The notes: a model not told the origin generated them from the letters alone. A DNA stretch of 64,000 nucleotides from Candidatus Marinacidobacterales bacterium (GCA_965237955.1 OZ250169.1:64001-128000); one strand, 5' to 3'; counted from the stretch's first letter, positions 46,207 through 58,288 are shown. A program made the numbers and translations.

Positions 46207-47719
46207 ATGGTACAAGCAGTCCGCGCTCGGAACTTCAATGCGACGATCGCACTCGCCGCAATGGCAGTGGCAGTGTCCGTCACATCGACGGCCGACGCGG
46301 TCGATCCCCTGCTCAGGTTCCCCGATGTGCACGAGGACACGGTGGTCTTCGTCCACGCCGAGGACATCTGGACCGCGCCGGCTGACGGAGGTTTCGCGCG
46401 CCGACTCACCGATGACGAGGGCGAGGAACGCCACCCCAAGTTCTCGCCCGACGGGTCGCTAATCGCTTTCACGGCTGAGATCGGCGGTAACGCCGACGTG
46501 TGGATGATGAAGGCCGACGGCTCCGACCTGAAGCGTCTTACTTATCACCCCTCGCCGGACGAGGTCGTGGGCTGGCACCCGACCCGCAACATGGTGATGT
46601 TCCGATCGGCCCGTCGCTCCTACTCGCGGTTCGACCGCCTCTTTCTGATCAATCCGGACGGCAGCGGTCTCGAGGAGCTGCCGCTCCACGAGGCCGCGAG
46701 GGCTTCGTTCTCGCCCGACGGCACGAAGATCGCGTAACAACCACGTCGCGCGCGAGGACCGCGCCTGGAAGCGCTACTACGGGGGTACGGCGCAGGACGT
46801 GTGGCTCTACGACTTCACCACCAGCAAGGATCGCCGACTCACCGCCTACGAGGGTACCGACCGGCTACCCATGTGGATCGGTGATGCCATCTACTTCGCT
46901 TCCGACCGCGACGGGGAGCTCAACATCTGGTCCTATCAGCTGGCCGACAGTTCGATGACCCGGATCACCGATCACACCGACTACGACATACGTCGGCCGA
47001 GCCACGGGGGCGACCGCATCGTCTACGAGATCGCCGGCACCCTGTGGAACCTCGACATCTCGAGTGGCGAGACACGACCGATCCACAGCCGCCTTATGGT
47101 GGACGAGGCCTCGGGCGGACGAATCGGCTACATCCATCTCCCCGACACTCGCGTCAGGTCGGCCATCGAGTTCCCCAAGTACTACTACGCGCAGAGCCGC
47201 AAGCAAGGCCTGCTCATCGACGGCCGTTTCAACGGCGGGGGTCTCGACCCCGATATTTTCCTGCAGCGACTGGCCAAGAAGCCGCTGTCGTACTGGACCC
47301 GCCGCTATTCCGAGGACCACGTGACCCCGATCTATGTGTCCCACGCGCACATGGCGCTGGTTATCAACCGTCAGTCGGGCTCGGGCGGCGACGAGTTGGC
47401 CCTAGAGTTCCGCCAAAAGGGGATGGGGCCGGTGATCGGTACCCGCACCTGGGGTGGTCTAGTCGGCGTCTCCATGTCCATCGACCTGGTGGACGGCACC
47501 CGTCTTGGCGTGCCCGACTACCGTATCTACTCGCTCGAGGGTGAGTGGGTCGTGGAGAACAGGGGCGTGAGCCCGGATATCGAGGTCGAGCTCGACCCGG
47601 CCGATATGGCGCGCGGCCATGATGCCCAGCTGCAAAAGGGGATCGAGGTCATCCTCGAGAGGATCGAGGCCGACCCGCCGACCCCGCCGACCCACCCGCC
47701 CTTCCCCAAGCGGGACTGA
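46207..47719 (+). pseudogene. Tricorn-type S41 protease, with a stop, a frameshift and a large internal deletion
   Basis: LLRFPD..PKFSPDG propeller, stop at 46735, then a jump near 47085 directly to GRIGYIHLPD..SGSGGD..GTRTWGG..VENRGVSPD. Confidence 0.88.
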
Positions 47720-48145
47720 CGTGCAAACTCAACCACCAATTCTAGGCTACCCTTCCGCCTCTTCCTGGAAGAACTGCTTCAAGAGCCGGGCAGCCAGGAC
47801 CTCTTCGCCGTCTTCCATGCAGCGGGTCGACATGAAATCTTCGAACATGACGAGCCGCGGCCGGCCGTTCTTCAGCTTGTCGCGAGCTGCTTCCGGGCTC
47901 AATGGGATGACTTGCTCGTCCCAGGTGCGTATTCCGGGGCACCGTGAACGCAGATTCCAGCCGAAGGTGAACATCCATTCCAAAGCACCGTGAACACGGA
48001 TTCCGGGGATCGTGAACATCGATTCCGGGGAAGGTGAACACGGATTCCAGGCAACGTGAACGCCGGTTCCGGCATCGCGAACGCTCATCGATAGCACGTT
48101 TCAAGGCAACTCTAGGTCGTACCCGGAAGGAGGACGATCTAGGAA

Positions 48146-49702
48146 ATGGCAGCTAAGAGGTTATCGATGAGAAAAACACGAGAGGTTCTAAGGTTAAAGT
48201 ACGAGCTGGGTTTTACTCACCGCATGATCGCAAAGGCACTTCGCGTGGCGGTTGGAACGGTGAGTGAGTACCTGGCCAAGGCGAAGAAGGGTGGTCTGAG
48301 CTGGCCGCTCCCGGAGGAGCTGAGCGACGGGGAGCTGGAGGCAGGGCTGTTTCCGCCGCCGGGCTCGTCTGGCGCACGGCCGGGTCTGGACTATGCCCAC
48401 ATCCACGAGGAGCTGAGGCGTCACCGAGAGCTGACGTTGCTGCAGCTGTGGGTGGAGTACGCGGAGAATAAGCCGGGAGCGTACGGCTACAGCCGTTATT
48501 GCGAGCTGTACGGTCAGTGGAAGAAGAAGCTGAACCCGACGATGCGTCAACGGCATCGAGCAGGCGAGAAGACATTCGTCGATTTTTCGGGGAAGAAGCC
48601 TCACATCGTCGATCCGAAAACGGGAGAGCTCGTCGAAATGGAGCTGTTCGTCGGGACGTTGGGCGCGAGCAGTTACACCTACGTCGAAGCGACACTGAAC
48701 CAGTCGCTGGAATCGTGGGCGAAGGCCCATAAGGGGATGTCGGATTACTTCGGTGGCAGTACGGAGATCTGGGTTCCGGACAACTTGAAGAGCGGCGTGG
48801 ATTTGGTGGACCGTTACGAGCCAGGGATCAACCGGACGTACGAAGAGCTGGCGACGCATTACGGTGCGGTTGTGGTCCCGGCTCGGGTGTTCAAGCCGAA
48901 AGACAAAGCGAAGGTGGAGTCGGCAGTGCAGGTGGCGCAGCGCTGGATCCTGGCGGTGCTTCGTCATCGCACGTTCTTCAGCCTGGCGGAACTGAACGAA
49001 GCCATCTGGGAGAAGTTAGAGGTCCTGAATGCGCGTCCGATGCAGAAGCTCGGTGTGAGTCGGCGGGAGTTGTACGAAAGGCTAGACCGGCCCGTACTGA
49101 AACCGCTACCGCAGGAGAGCTACGAGTTATCGACGTGGAAGCGGTGCAGAGTGAACATCGACTACCACGTGGAGGTGGAGAACAACTTGTACAGCGTTCC
49201 CTATCAGCTCATTCACGAGAAAGTCGAGGCACGGGTGACGGCCTCGGTGGTGGAGGTCCTGTTCAAGGGAAAGCGCGTCGCGTCGCATCCCCGCAAGAAA
49301 GGAAAGGGGCACTACTCCACGAACCCGGAGCATATGCCACGTTCGCATCGGGAGCACCTGGAGTGGACGCCGTCGCGGCTGCTCCACTGGGCGGAGCAGT
49401 CAGGTCGCGCCACGGGAAGGCTGGTTGCGGGGATTCTAGAGAGTCGGCCTCACCCGGAGCAGGGATTTCGCTCTTGCCTGGGAGTCATGCGACTAGGCAG
49501 CCGCTGGGGCAGTGAGCGTCTCGAGGCCGCTTGCGCACGAGCGGAAGCTTTGAGCTCTTACAGCTATCGCACGGTGAAAAACATTCTCTCGGCTGGTCTG
49601 GATCGTGTGGTGCTCGAATCGGACGCCGAAGCGAAACCGCGAGAGGAGCACGAGAACATCCGAGGCGCGGATCACTACGAAGGAGGAGAGTCCCGATGCT
49701 GA
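48146..49702 (+). CDS. istA: IS21 transposase IstA
   Basis: Protein appears identical to 11069-12625. Confidence 0.95.
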   Translation: MAAKRLSMRKTREVLRLKYELGFTHRMIAKALRVAVGTVSEYLAKAKKGGLSWPLPEELSDGELEAGLFPPPGSSGARPGLDYAHIHEELRRHRELTLLQLWVEYAENKPGAYGYSRYCELYGQWKKKLNPTMRQRHRAGEKTFVDFSGKKPHIVDPKTGELVEMELFVGTLGASSYTYVEATLNQSLESWAKAHKGMSDYFGGSTEIWVPDNLKSGVDLVDRYEPGINRTYEELATHYGAVVVPARVFKPKDKAKVESAVQVAQRWILAVLRHRTFFSLAELNEAIWEKLEVLNARPMQKLGVSRRELYERLDRPVLKPLPQESYELSTWKRCRVNIDYHVEVENNLYSVPYQLIHEKVEARVTASVVEVLFKGKRVASHPRKKGKGHYSTNPEHMPRSHREHLEWTPSRLLHWAEQSGRATGRLVAGILESRPHPEQGFRSCLGVMRLGSRWGSERLEAACARAEALSSYSYRTVKNILSAGLDRVVLESDAEAKPREEHENIRGADHYEGGESRC

Positions 49703-50454
49703 CACCCGAAACGATAGAAAAGATGAACGCCATGAAGTTGTTCGGCTTGGTGTCCGCGTTCGAAACCCAGTTGAGCTCGAGCGAATACAAGGAGCTGAGC
49801 TTCGAGGAACGTGTGGGACTCCTGGTCGATGCCGAGTGGACCGCCCGCGAACAGCGTAAGCTTTCTCGACGACTGCGAGCGGCAAAGCTCCGCTATCCGG
49901 CATGTTTGGAGAACGTGAACTTCCAAGCGCCTCGAGGCTTAAACCGCGAACAGATCTTGAGCCTGGGCAACTGCCGCTTTGTCGGTGAGCGCCATAACCT
50001 GCTCATCACCGGCCCGACGGGGATTGGCAAATCGTTCTTGGCTTGCGCCTTCGTGGAGCGGGCCTGTCGTCGCGGCTTCACCGGATGCTACGTGCGAGCA
50101 CCGCGCTTGCTCCACGAGCTCGCGGTCGCTCGTGGTGATGGTTCCTACGCCCGGCTTTTGACGAAACTCGCCAAGCTGGACTTACTGGCTATCGATGATT
50201 GGCTGCTTCACCCGCTGAAAGAATCGGAGAGACGGGATCTAATGGAGGTCATCGAAGACCGCGCCGAGCGTGGCTCCACACTCATCGCGACCCAGATTCC
50301 GCTCAAGCAGTGGCACGAAGCGATTGGCGACCCAAACCAGGCAGACGCTATCTGCGATCGCATTCTCCACAGCGCGCACCGCATCACTCTCAAAGGAGCT
50401 TCTCTGAGAAAGACCAAGGCTGCGCCAAAGGCATTTGACAACGCCGATGCATGA
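49696..50454 (+). CDS. istB: IS21 helper ATPase IstB
   Basis: One visible substitution (HSL to HPL) versus copy 1. Confidence 0.95.
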   Translation: MLTPETIEKMNAMKLFGLVSAFETQLSSSEYKELSFEERVGLLVDAEWTAREQRKLSRRLRAAKLRYPACLENVNFQAPRGLNREQILSLGNCRFVGERHNLLITGPTGIGKSFLACAFVERACRRGFTGCYVRAPRLLHELAVARGDGSYARLLTKLAKLDLLAIDDWLLHPLKESERRDLMEVIEDRAERGSTLIATQIPLKQWHEAIGDPNQADAICDRILHSAHRITLKGASLRKTKAAPKAFDNADA

Positions 50455-51151
50455 GCGAGCGAGGGACCACAGCGTCGATGCGATAAAAACGGGTGAAACC
50501 GCCAAACCCGGGGTACCAGACGATGCGGCGCCAAAACGACGCGCGAGAATGCCTCAGGAAGCGTCTTCTCGAGCCAGGCCATACCCCAGCAACCCCCCGA
50601 AACCAGCCCCACATCGCCCGGGGTTCGGCCGCGGCAGGTCGCTGCCTACGGGAGCGACCTGCCGCCCCTTGCTACACAACACGCAGGTAAGATAGGTTCA
50701 CGTTTTCAATCAGTGGAAAGGAGGTCACCCAACACTTCATCGCTTCGATGAGCGTTCGGCTTCACCGGATTCGCTGTTCAGCTTGCTCTGGATTCGGCGT
50801 TCACGATGGCTGGAATACGCACTCGGCAGCGGGTCGCCAACAAGATCCTCATAGAACACAAGGATCTAATACGAGCGGATCACAGCTACGATCGTACCGA
50901 GTTGGTCTACTGGAAGGACGTCGAGAGTTCCTCCGCCAAAACATTGAAGAGCGAGCTTTGTGAGTGGGCTAAGCAATTCAATCTGATTCGGAACGACGGG
51001 GAGCCCTGTCTCGGGGTCGGCCCGCGCGCCCCGGAGGGGTAGGGGCAGCTAAGGTGGAAGTACTACCTTTGGTTACACGCCAAGGCCCCCAAAACGCCGT
51101 TTTCGGCGTGCCGCGAGCCCCCCGGTAAGCTTTGTCGACCCCCGACTTCTA

Positions 51152-51565
51152 ATGAAGGAGACGGTGCTCGGGATCACTCACAAAGGCGTATCCAGAGCTT
51201 ATCCCATGAGTGTGCTCAATGGCATGGGGCCTCACCGCGCCATCAACGACAACGTCAATGGACTCGAGCTGCTCATCGTATTCGACGCCACCTCTTCCCT
51301 GATGATCCCCTACAACCGAAGGTTGATAGATCTCGCCGCGGGTGCCGATGCGCCCGGCCGGCTCCTGACCTTCGATGTGATCGAGGAGGGGAGCTTCCCG
51401 TTCAACCTCAAAGATAGAGAGACGGGCACGGTGTGGAGCTTGACGGGCATCGCTCTCACGGGCGAGCTCGAAGGGGCCAGGTTGCAACCCATCGCGACCT
51501 ATTCTGCGTTCTGGTTCGCCTGGGCCGCCTTCAACCGAGACACGGAGATTTATTCCCCGTCCTAG
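51152..51565 (+). pseudogene. C-terminal fragment of a DUF3179-type protein
   Basis: RAYP..IND..DRETGTVWSLTG..G.L.G..L..FWFAW tail; the N-terminal part is missing. Confidence 0.7.
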
Positions 51566-53322
51566 AGCTTGGGATGCTTCAAGTGGTGATCGGTCTGCGC
51601 CTGGAACGCATGTGCCAGCAGCAGGATTTCCGGCTCACCAAAGAGCTTGCCCGTAAACATCAGGTTCGTGGGTGAGCCCTGAAAAAAGCCACTGGGCATG
51701 CTGATCGCCGGATGACCGGTGTGGTTGGTCAAGTAGACACTGTTTCCTTGACTGATGACCTTTGAGACGCCGCCGGCGGTGACCGCTGAGATGAAGAGGT
51801 CGAGATCGGACATGGCTTCATCCACTTCTTCCATCACCTGCATACGTAAGCGGTGGGCTTGGATGTACTCGACGGCGGGAACGAAACGGGCGGTGCGGAA
51901 GTCGTCCGCCTTGTGGCTCTCCTCGGGCGGCTCTTTAATCACCTCGAGCTGTCCGCTTCGTGTCGGCTCATCGAAGGCCGCAGCCGCTTCCGTCCATTCG
52001 ATGAAGCGGAGGGCTTCGGTAGGCACATCAGGTAGCTCAAACGGTACCACCTCGACGCCCAGAGAGCGGATGACTCGCAACGCTTCTTCGTTGTTCTTGC
52101 GGGTCTGGCGTCGTAGTGCGGCGCTCTCTGAATTTTCCGGATCCTCAGGGATCTCACCTTCAAACGCCAAGCGCCGGTAGCCCACGCGCAGCTTGGTCAC
52201 GTCGGCCGTGGCATCCCAGTTGAAGGGCACGTCGAGGACTGTATTGTCCTTCCCGTCGGGTCCGTAAATGACGTCGAACACGAGCGCGCAATCCTCGGCC
52301 GAGCGGCACATCGGTCCTATCTTGTCCATCGTCCACGCACGCGCCATGGCTCCGTAGCGGCTGACCCGTCCGAAGGTAGGCCGCAAACCGGTGACGCCGT
52401 TTCGAGCCGATGGGAACATGATGGATCCTCCAGTTTCCGTCCCGATGGAAAAGCCCACCAGTCCGGCCGCCGTCGCCGAGCCGGGCCCGGCGGAAGAGCC
52501 GCTGGATCCTTGCTCGGTGTTCCAAGGGTTTCGGGTTTGTCCTCCAAACCATCGGTCACCGTCGGCCAGCGTACCCGTCGATAGCTTGGCGATCAGTATC
52601 GCTCCCGCCTCCGTCAACCGCCGGTACACGGTGGCGTCGGTGTCGATGACCCGGTCCTTGTACGGTGAGGCACCCCACGTCGTCTTGGTCCCCCGAACGG
52701 CAAGCAAGTCTTTCGCTCCCCAGGGGATTCCGTGAAGGGGGCCTCGATAAGTCCCCGCGGCAATCTCTTCGTCGGCTCGCTTCGCCTGCCGGTGCGCATG
52801 CTCCTCGGTGAGATTGACGACGCAGTGGAGCGTGGGGTCATGATTTTTCAGGCGCGCGAGATACAGCTCGGTGAGCTCGGTGGGCTTGATTTGACGGCTC
52901 TCCACCAGCTTGGCTAGATGGGTCACCGGGAGAAACGCCAGCTCTTCGTCCGTCGCGGGCATCGAGACATCGATCTCCTGTCGCTTCAGAGGTCTTCGCT
53001 CGCTCGGGAGCTCCTTGCCGGGAGGGACGGGATTGAAGACGGTGGCCGGCTGGGTGGCGTTGCCAAGGTTGGCGGCTCTGAGCGTGTCGAAAGCCGCGAG
53101 CGGGCTTCTCTCTCCGTTCAGCCTCTCGAGGATCCACTGTTGCTCTTCGCGCGTAAAGGACAACCCCGCGATCTTTTGCGCGGCCTCGATCATCTCGATG
53201 GTGATGGTCTCCGCGTCTTGAGCCACGGCAGCGAGCGCGCCCGGCATCAACGGCGAACCGAGGCCTGTTGCCGACAAGGCCATGAAGCGACGGCGGTTCA
53301 TGGTGAATCTTTGGTCATCCAT
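51562..53322 (-). CDS. Amidase-signature family enzyme with a Tat signal
   Basis: MNRRRFM twin-arginine signal, GPLHGIP..KD, GSSGSSAG and IGTETGGSI. Confidence 0.93.
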   Translation of the reverse strand: MDDQRFTMNRRRFMALSATGLGSPLMPGALAAVAQDAETITIEMIEAAQKIAGLSFTREEQQWILERLNGERSPLAAFDTLRAANLGNATQPATVFNPVPPGKELPSERRPLKRQEIDVSMPATDEELAFLPVTHLAKLVESRQIKPTELTELYLARLKNHDPTLHCVVNLTEEHAHRQAKRADEEIAAGTYRGPLHGIPWGAKDLLAVRGTKTTWGASPYKDRVIDTDATVYRRLTEAGAILIAKLSTGTLADGDRWFGGQTRNPWNTEQGSSGSSAGPGSATAAGLVGFSIGTETGGSIMFPSARNGVTGLRPTFGRVSRYGAMARAWTMDKIGPMCRSAEDCALVFDVIYGPDGKDNTVLDVPFNWDATADVTKLRVGYRRLAFEGEIPEDPENSESAALRRQTRKNNEEALRVIRSLGVEVVPFELPDVPTEALRFIEWTEAAAAFDEPTRSGQLEVIKEPPEESHKADDFRTARFVPAVEYIQAHRLRMQVMEEVDEAMSDLDLFISAVTAGGVSKVISQGNSVYLTNHTGHPAISMPSGFFQGSPTNLMFTGKLFGEPEILLLAHAFQAQTDHHLKHPKL

Positions 53323-53569
53323 TACGTTTCTCCTCTCGATCGATTAGCCGCCCCCTTCTATGTCCTGCGCTTGCGCGGGGACCGGCAGGGCAATCAGCAC
53401 CATGGTCAAAAACGAGTATCCAGACGCTCAGAGAACGTCCGGTTCGGCCCGAGGAAATGAGTATTGCTGGGGAGATGCGAGAAAGTTGTCCAGAGTCCAT
53501 GGTTTACTCCTTATGACACCGTTTCGCTTTCGCTTGACGGTTGACAGCGCCAATGCCTGGCGCACGAAA

Positions 53570-53601
53570 AAACCGGGGCGCCAATGCCGGCGCCCCGGTT
53601 T
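53570..53601 (-). terminator. Intrinsic terminator of receptor T4
   Basis: AAACCGGGGCGCC..GGCGCCCCGGTTT followed by a T-run on the minus strand. Confidence 0.8.
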
Positions 53602-53653
53602 GTGTCGTCCTTCGAGACCTAGAACTTACGCCTTCTCAACCTTGAAACCCTGG

Positions 53654-56600
53654 TTAAAAATTGAAGCGTATTCCAAATCTCAAAACACGGGGTAGTTCGA
53701 TGACCGCTGGCTTCAGGAATTGGGGTAGGCCGATTGTCATTGACTGATAAGCCGTAATCCGGTTGATGTTGGTTACATTGAACATATCGAGGATGAGCCC
53801 CAGTCTGTAGTTGTCCCCGAACCGAAACTGCTTTTCGACTCGAAGGTCTAATTTGTTTCTGAAGTCGTGGCGAAAAGTACCCTTTGGCTGTGAAGGTACT
53901 TGGATGACGCCCTCCACCACGATACCGGGAATACCGCCTCCTGCGAGCGTCCTGCAACCAAACTCTGAGGAGCTCGCATGTGCTTTCGTTGCGCCAGTAC
54001 CGGCGCAGATCGGGAAGTATTGCGACACGTAGTTTCCCTCACCCAGTCTGAGACCGCTAACTTCTTTCTTTGTCTGGTGGGGAAAACCGGACACGGCCTG
54101 GAAGAAGCCGCTCACGAGAACATCGCCGGGCAACGTGTAGGTCCCCTGGAGCTTGAACTGGTGGGGAGCGTCCAGTTGCAGCGGGCCTTCGTTATGGACG
54201 ATTGTCGCATTGGGGTTCCTGTAGATAACGTTGGTGGACGAGGTGCCGGCGAAGTCATTGGCGATGTTGCCATAGGTTTCGCTGAAGTTGTAGGAGGCCG
54301 CCAGTTGCCAGCCGTCACGAAAGCGCCTGTGCGCACGAAACTCAATTCCCTTGTAGTCTCGGAAAAGCCCCCCCGTAGACGCAAAGTCGGGGTTGGTAAT
54401 GAGATCAGTCCTGCTGGCCCCCAAGAATTCCGGCCTCAGGGCATAGATGGTGAGAGGCGTTTGGTCCCACTGGTTTTCTACCTGAAGCTCGCGGTAATCA
54501 TTGAACGGGTTTTGTTGGTCTCCTCCTTCCCGCACCCGAATGGTCTCGATGATGTTTTTGTCTTGCTTGAAGCTTGCTCCCACCGACACGACCGTGTTGG
54601 TATTCAGCTCATGCTCGACCGTGAAGTGAAACGCATCCACGTAGGACTGTGTCAAGTCGCGTTGGAGCTCCACTCGACTCCCAAAATCGGGGTCCAGCCT
54701 TCGTTCGTCGAATGCACGGATAAGCGTTCCCTGCTCACCGTCCTGGAACTGGAGGTCACCATTCAGGTCGTTCCATGTGTACGTTGCGCTTCCTCCCGCA
54801 GAGGGTGAAAGGGGACCCACATGGACGTTGAGCATGGACCTGTAGTGTCGCCCGTAATAGGCCTTGAGAGAAGTCCTTTTTTCCTCACCCAGCGCATACA
54901 CCATGCCAAGGCGCGGCGCGACGACGTTCCAGTTGATGGCGTCGCGGGTCTCCGGGTAGACGGTCTCGGGGAACCAGCGGCCGCCACCCGAACTCGTCTC
55001 GGGGAGCCAGGCTTCCGTGTTTTCCCACCGCACTCCCAGGTTCAGGGTGAGCCGATCTCCAATCGTCCATTGGTCCTGCACAAAGGCTGCATAGCGGTCA
55101 ATAGCGCGGCGTTGCACAAACGGCAAGTTCTGCATGACTACACGAAAGGGCGCTCCGTCAAAGGTTTGTAGATCGACGTCCTCACCATTGGGGAAAGCAA
55201 AGAACTTTTCCGAGTTAGGGCGATCCATGTAGAAGCCGGCCTTGAGCTCGTGTGAGCCAGCCGCATTCTCGCGGAAGTGCGAGACATTAGCGCCCGCTCC
55301 CCACGCACACCGGCAAGACGGATGGTCCGGGCGGCGGGTTAACCCCCCAGAAAACAAGCCCGTAGCGATGTCCCGAACGCCGACTATTTGGTCCGGGTTG
55401 TTGGGTTGATCGTGAATAAGCTCCTTAAACTGCCGGTTCCACCTGAGGTCCACAATGGTATCGGTGCCGATTAGCTGCGTCAAACCGAGATTCAAGACCT
55501 TCTGCTTCCGGAATCGGCTGTCCCAGGTTCGCGGGTCGCCGGCCCTTGTAAAATTGCTAACGTTGGACGGAAATCTAAGATGATTCCGAATCGTCGCCGA
55601 GCCGAAGGCGCGGGTGTTGTCGCCTATCTGACCGGTGACCTTGAAGAAGCCCTCTTTCGACGTGATCTCGTGGGGCTGGGCGGGGATGAGGGGTGTTTGG
55701 ACACTGTTCTCCAGGTAACGGGCATGGCCGAAGAACCAGACAGCATCTTTCTTGATCGGTCCCCCAAAAGTTCCGCCTACGTCCGTGTCCTTTACGACAC
55801 TCGATCTCGCCCCCAGTTCCGCCAGGAGCTCAGGCGTGACGTTGCTCCACTCCGTGTCTTCGCCTTGGTAGAAATAGTACCCTCCACCGGAGAACTCGTT
55901 CCCTCCTGACTTGGTCACGAAGTTGAAAACCCCGCCATTGGAATTGCCAAACTCCGCCGTTGCACCCGAGCTCGTTACCTGGACTTCCTCGATCATGTCG
56001 ACCGGGACATCGAACAAGATGTAGCCTACCGTGGTGTCATTGGCAAGCGCTCCATCGATGGTGTACAGGTTGCCCCGGGGGTCGCTCCCGAGAACCGATT
56101 GGTTCGGATCCGAATACTCAGTATCGATGACGCCCGCCATCGAAATGAGGAGATGCTGATAACCGCGCCCCAGGGGGATGTTGTCGATCCGATCCCGCTC
56201 GAGCGTCCGCATCTGCTGCGCACTCTTGATGTCAACCAGTGGCGTCTCTCCAATGACGGTCACGGTCTCCTGCACCGCGGACGGGGACAGTATCGCATTG
56301 ATTTCAATTTGCTGCCCGGCATGCACATTGACCTCTCTAAAGTTACGGGTTGCGAATCCCCCCAACTCTATCTGCACCGTGTAGTTGGACGAGGGCTGTA
56401 GCCTCAGAACACGGTAGGTACCCAGGTCGGTCGTGACTCGAACTTCCGACTTGATGTGATCCGGACTCGAGACCGTCACCGTAGCGCCGGGTACCGCAAG
56501 CCCTTGATCATCTGGGTCTACGCGGAAATCTGTGGGCGAATGCTGACGGAGAAATAGTGTAACTCATTGTGTGGAAAAGGTATTCAGCACTTCATCAGGT

Positions 56601-58039
56601 GCTGAGAAGTGATCCGTTTTTCGGATAGGCTAACCGAGTGAAAAATCCCCAGTCGATCCGCTCGCTTTTTGCGCTACCAGGTTTCGTGGCTGGCGCCCGA
56701 TTGAACGGTGTATTCGGTGACCGATACGCCCGCGTCATCCAGCTCAAGAGGCGAAAAAAACAGCCGTGTGCTCGTACTGTGGGCATCGGTGCCGGGGGCG
56801 CTATGACAAGCAAGTGTGCCGGGTCCGCGACCTGTCGTTGGCAGGCTGGCGGATCTATCTGGAATACGAGCGTTGGCGCGTCAACTGTCGTGGGTGCGGT
56901 GGTGTGCATGTAGAACACTTGGACTGGCTGGCGAACAACCCGCGCTACACCCAGCGCTTTGCGACGCATGTGGGCAAGCTGTGCCGGGATATGCCGAACA
57001 AGGCGGTGGCCGAGATGGAACGTCTGCACCACACTACGGTGAAGGACCTGGATAAGCTCTACATGCAAGAGCAAGTCGAGCGGGCGGGGCTGCCGGCGCC
57101 TCGGGCCATCGGTATCGATGAGATCTCCATCCGCAAGGGACATAACTATCGTGTCATTGTCAGCGACCTGGAGCGGGCGCGTCCCATCTGGGTGGGCGGT
57201 GAGGGTCGCAAAGAAACCGACATCGATTTGTTCTTCAAGGCGCTGGGCGGGAAGAAAAGCGCCCGTATCAAGCTGGCCGCCATGGATATGTGGAAGCCCT
57301 TCCGGAACTCGGTGATTAACAACGCACCCAATGCGCGGATCATCTTCGACAAGTTTCATATCATGCGTCACCTGTCAAAGGCTCTCGATGAGGTCCGGCG
57401 CCGTGAGTACAAACGCCTCAGCGGCGAGGACCGGTCGTATATCAAGGGGCAGCGTTACACGTTGCTTTCCCGGCGGGAGAACCTGAGCCTGGACGGTCGC
57501 CGCGCACTCAAGAAGTTGCTCCAGGCCAACCGGCGCCTGAACACCGCCTATGTTTTGAAGGAGGCCTTCGGGCAACTCTGGGATTACCGCACCGAACGCG
57601 GGGCTCGCGCCTTTTTCACACGTTGGAAAGACAGCCTCAAATGGCAGCGCCTGCATCCCTACCAGAAGTTCGCCGGAATGATTGAGTCCCATTGGGATGG
57701 TATCGCCTCCTACTGTCATCCTGAGAACAAAGTCAGTCTCGGACTGGTTGAAGGGGTCAACAACAAAATCCGTGTTCTGCAACGACGCGCCTACGGCTAT
57801 CGTGACGAGGGATATCTCAAGCTGAAGATCGTGGCGGCATTCCTTCCGCCATTACCCAGAAATGCCGTTTTCAACCCACACGAACCCGCGTAGACCCGAT
57901 CATCTATTACCTTGCCGTAGATGACTCCGGTGATTTCCTGCGCGAAGGCCGCCCCGCAAGCCAGTAAAAGGGCCAGTGGCACCACCACCAAAGCGCGTAG
58001 TGGTAGCCCACGTCGAGCAATTGCCTTAAATAATAACAT
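53654..58039 (-). pseudogene. TonB-dependent receptor, copy T4 (most divergent), split by ISL3
   Basis: MLLFKAIA..YGKVIDD|QGLAVPGATVT.. joins in frame once 56514-57897 and one duplication copy are removed. The remainder is open to RFNF. Confidence 0.92.
56514..57897 (+). mobile_element. ISL3-family element
   Basis: Inverted repeats GGGTCTACGCGG with an 8-bp duplication GATCATCT. Transposase 56638-57893 in two frames joined at A7C (~56754), with IGIDE, MDM, FDKFH and EGVNNKI motifs. Confidence 0.95.
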
Positions 58040-58057
58040 TTTAGCTACCTCCTCTAA

Positions 58058-58123
58058 TGTAAGACTCCCGTGCTAAAGCATGTAAGACTTCCGCGCGAAA
58101 GCATATAGTCCTACGCGAAAGGA
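58058..58123. repeat. Degenerate 23-bp tandem repeat in the T4 leader
   Basis: TGTAAGACTCCCGTGCTAAAGCA / TGTAAGACTTCCGCGCGAAAGCA / TATAGTCCTACGCGAAAGGA. Confidence 0.75.
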
Positions 58124-58139
58124 TGCAAGATGTATTCCA
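58124..58139 (-). promoter_or_regulatory. sigma54 promoter of T4
   Basis: TGGAATACATCTTGCA (GG-N10-GC), at the same distance from the upstream palindrome as in T2 and T3. Confidence 0.7.
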
Positions 58140-58288
58140 CTGCCAGCCACCGAAAAATAACACATAAGTCCATAGAAATAAACGTGTTAGATGGCCGTAC
58201 CCCTGCCCGATACCCTTTCGTTTTCAAAAATTTGGATTTTATCTGACCGACCAGACAGGTAAATCGGAACCCTCGATCAGATTAATCT

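Larger units (their letters stand above)
47926..50821 (+). mobile_element. IS21-family element, copy 2
   Basis: Near-identical to 10849-13791, with a ~47-bp deletion near 50655 and no matching target duplication. Confidence 0.95.

Noticed and set aside
56750-56762. ISL3 transposase frameshift counted as damage
   Set aside because: The A7C run is a typical -1 slippery site. The element has intact ends and duplication, so it is probably programmed.
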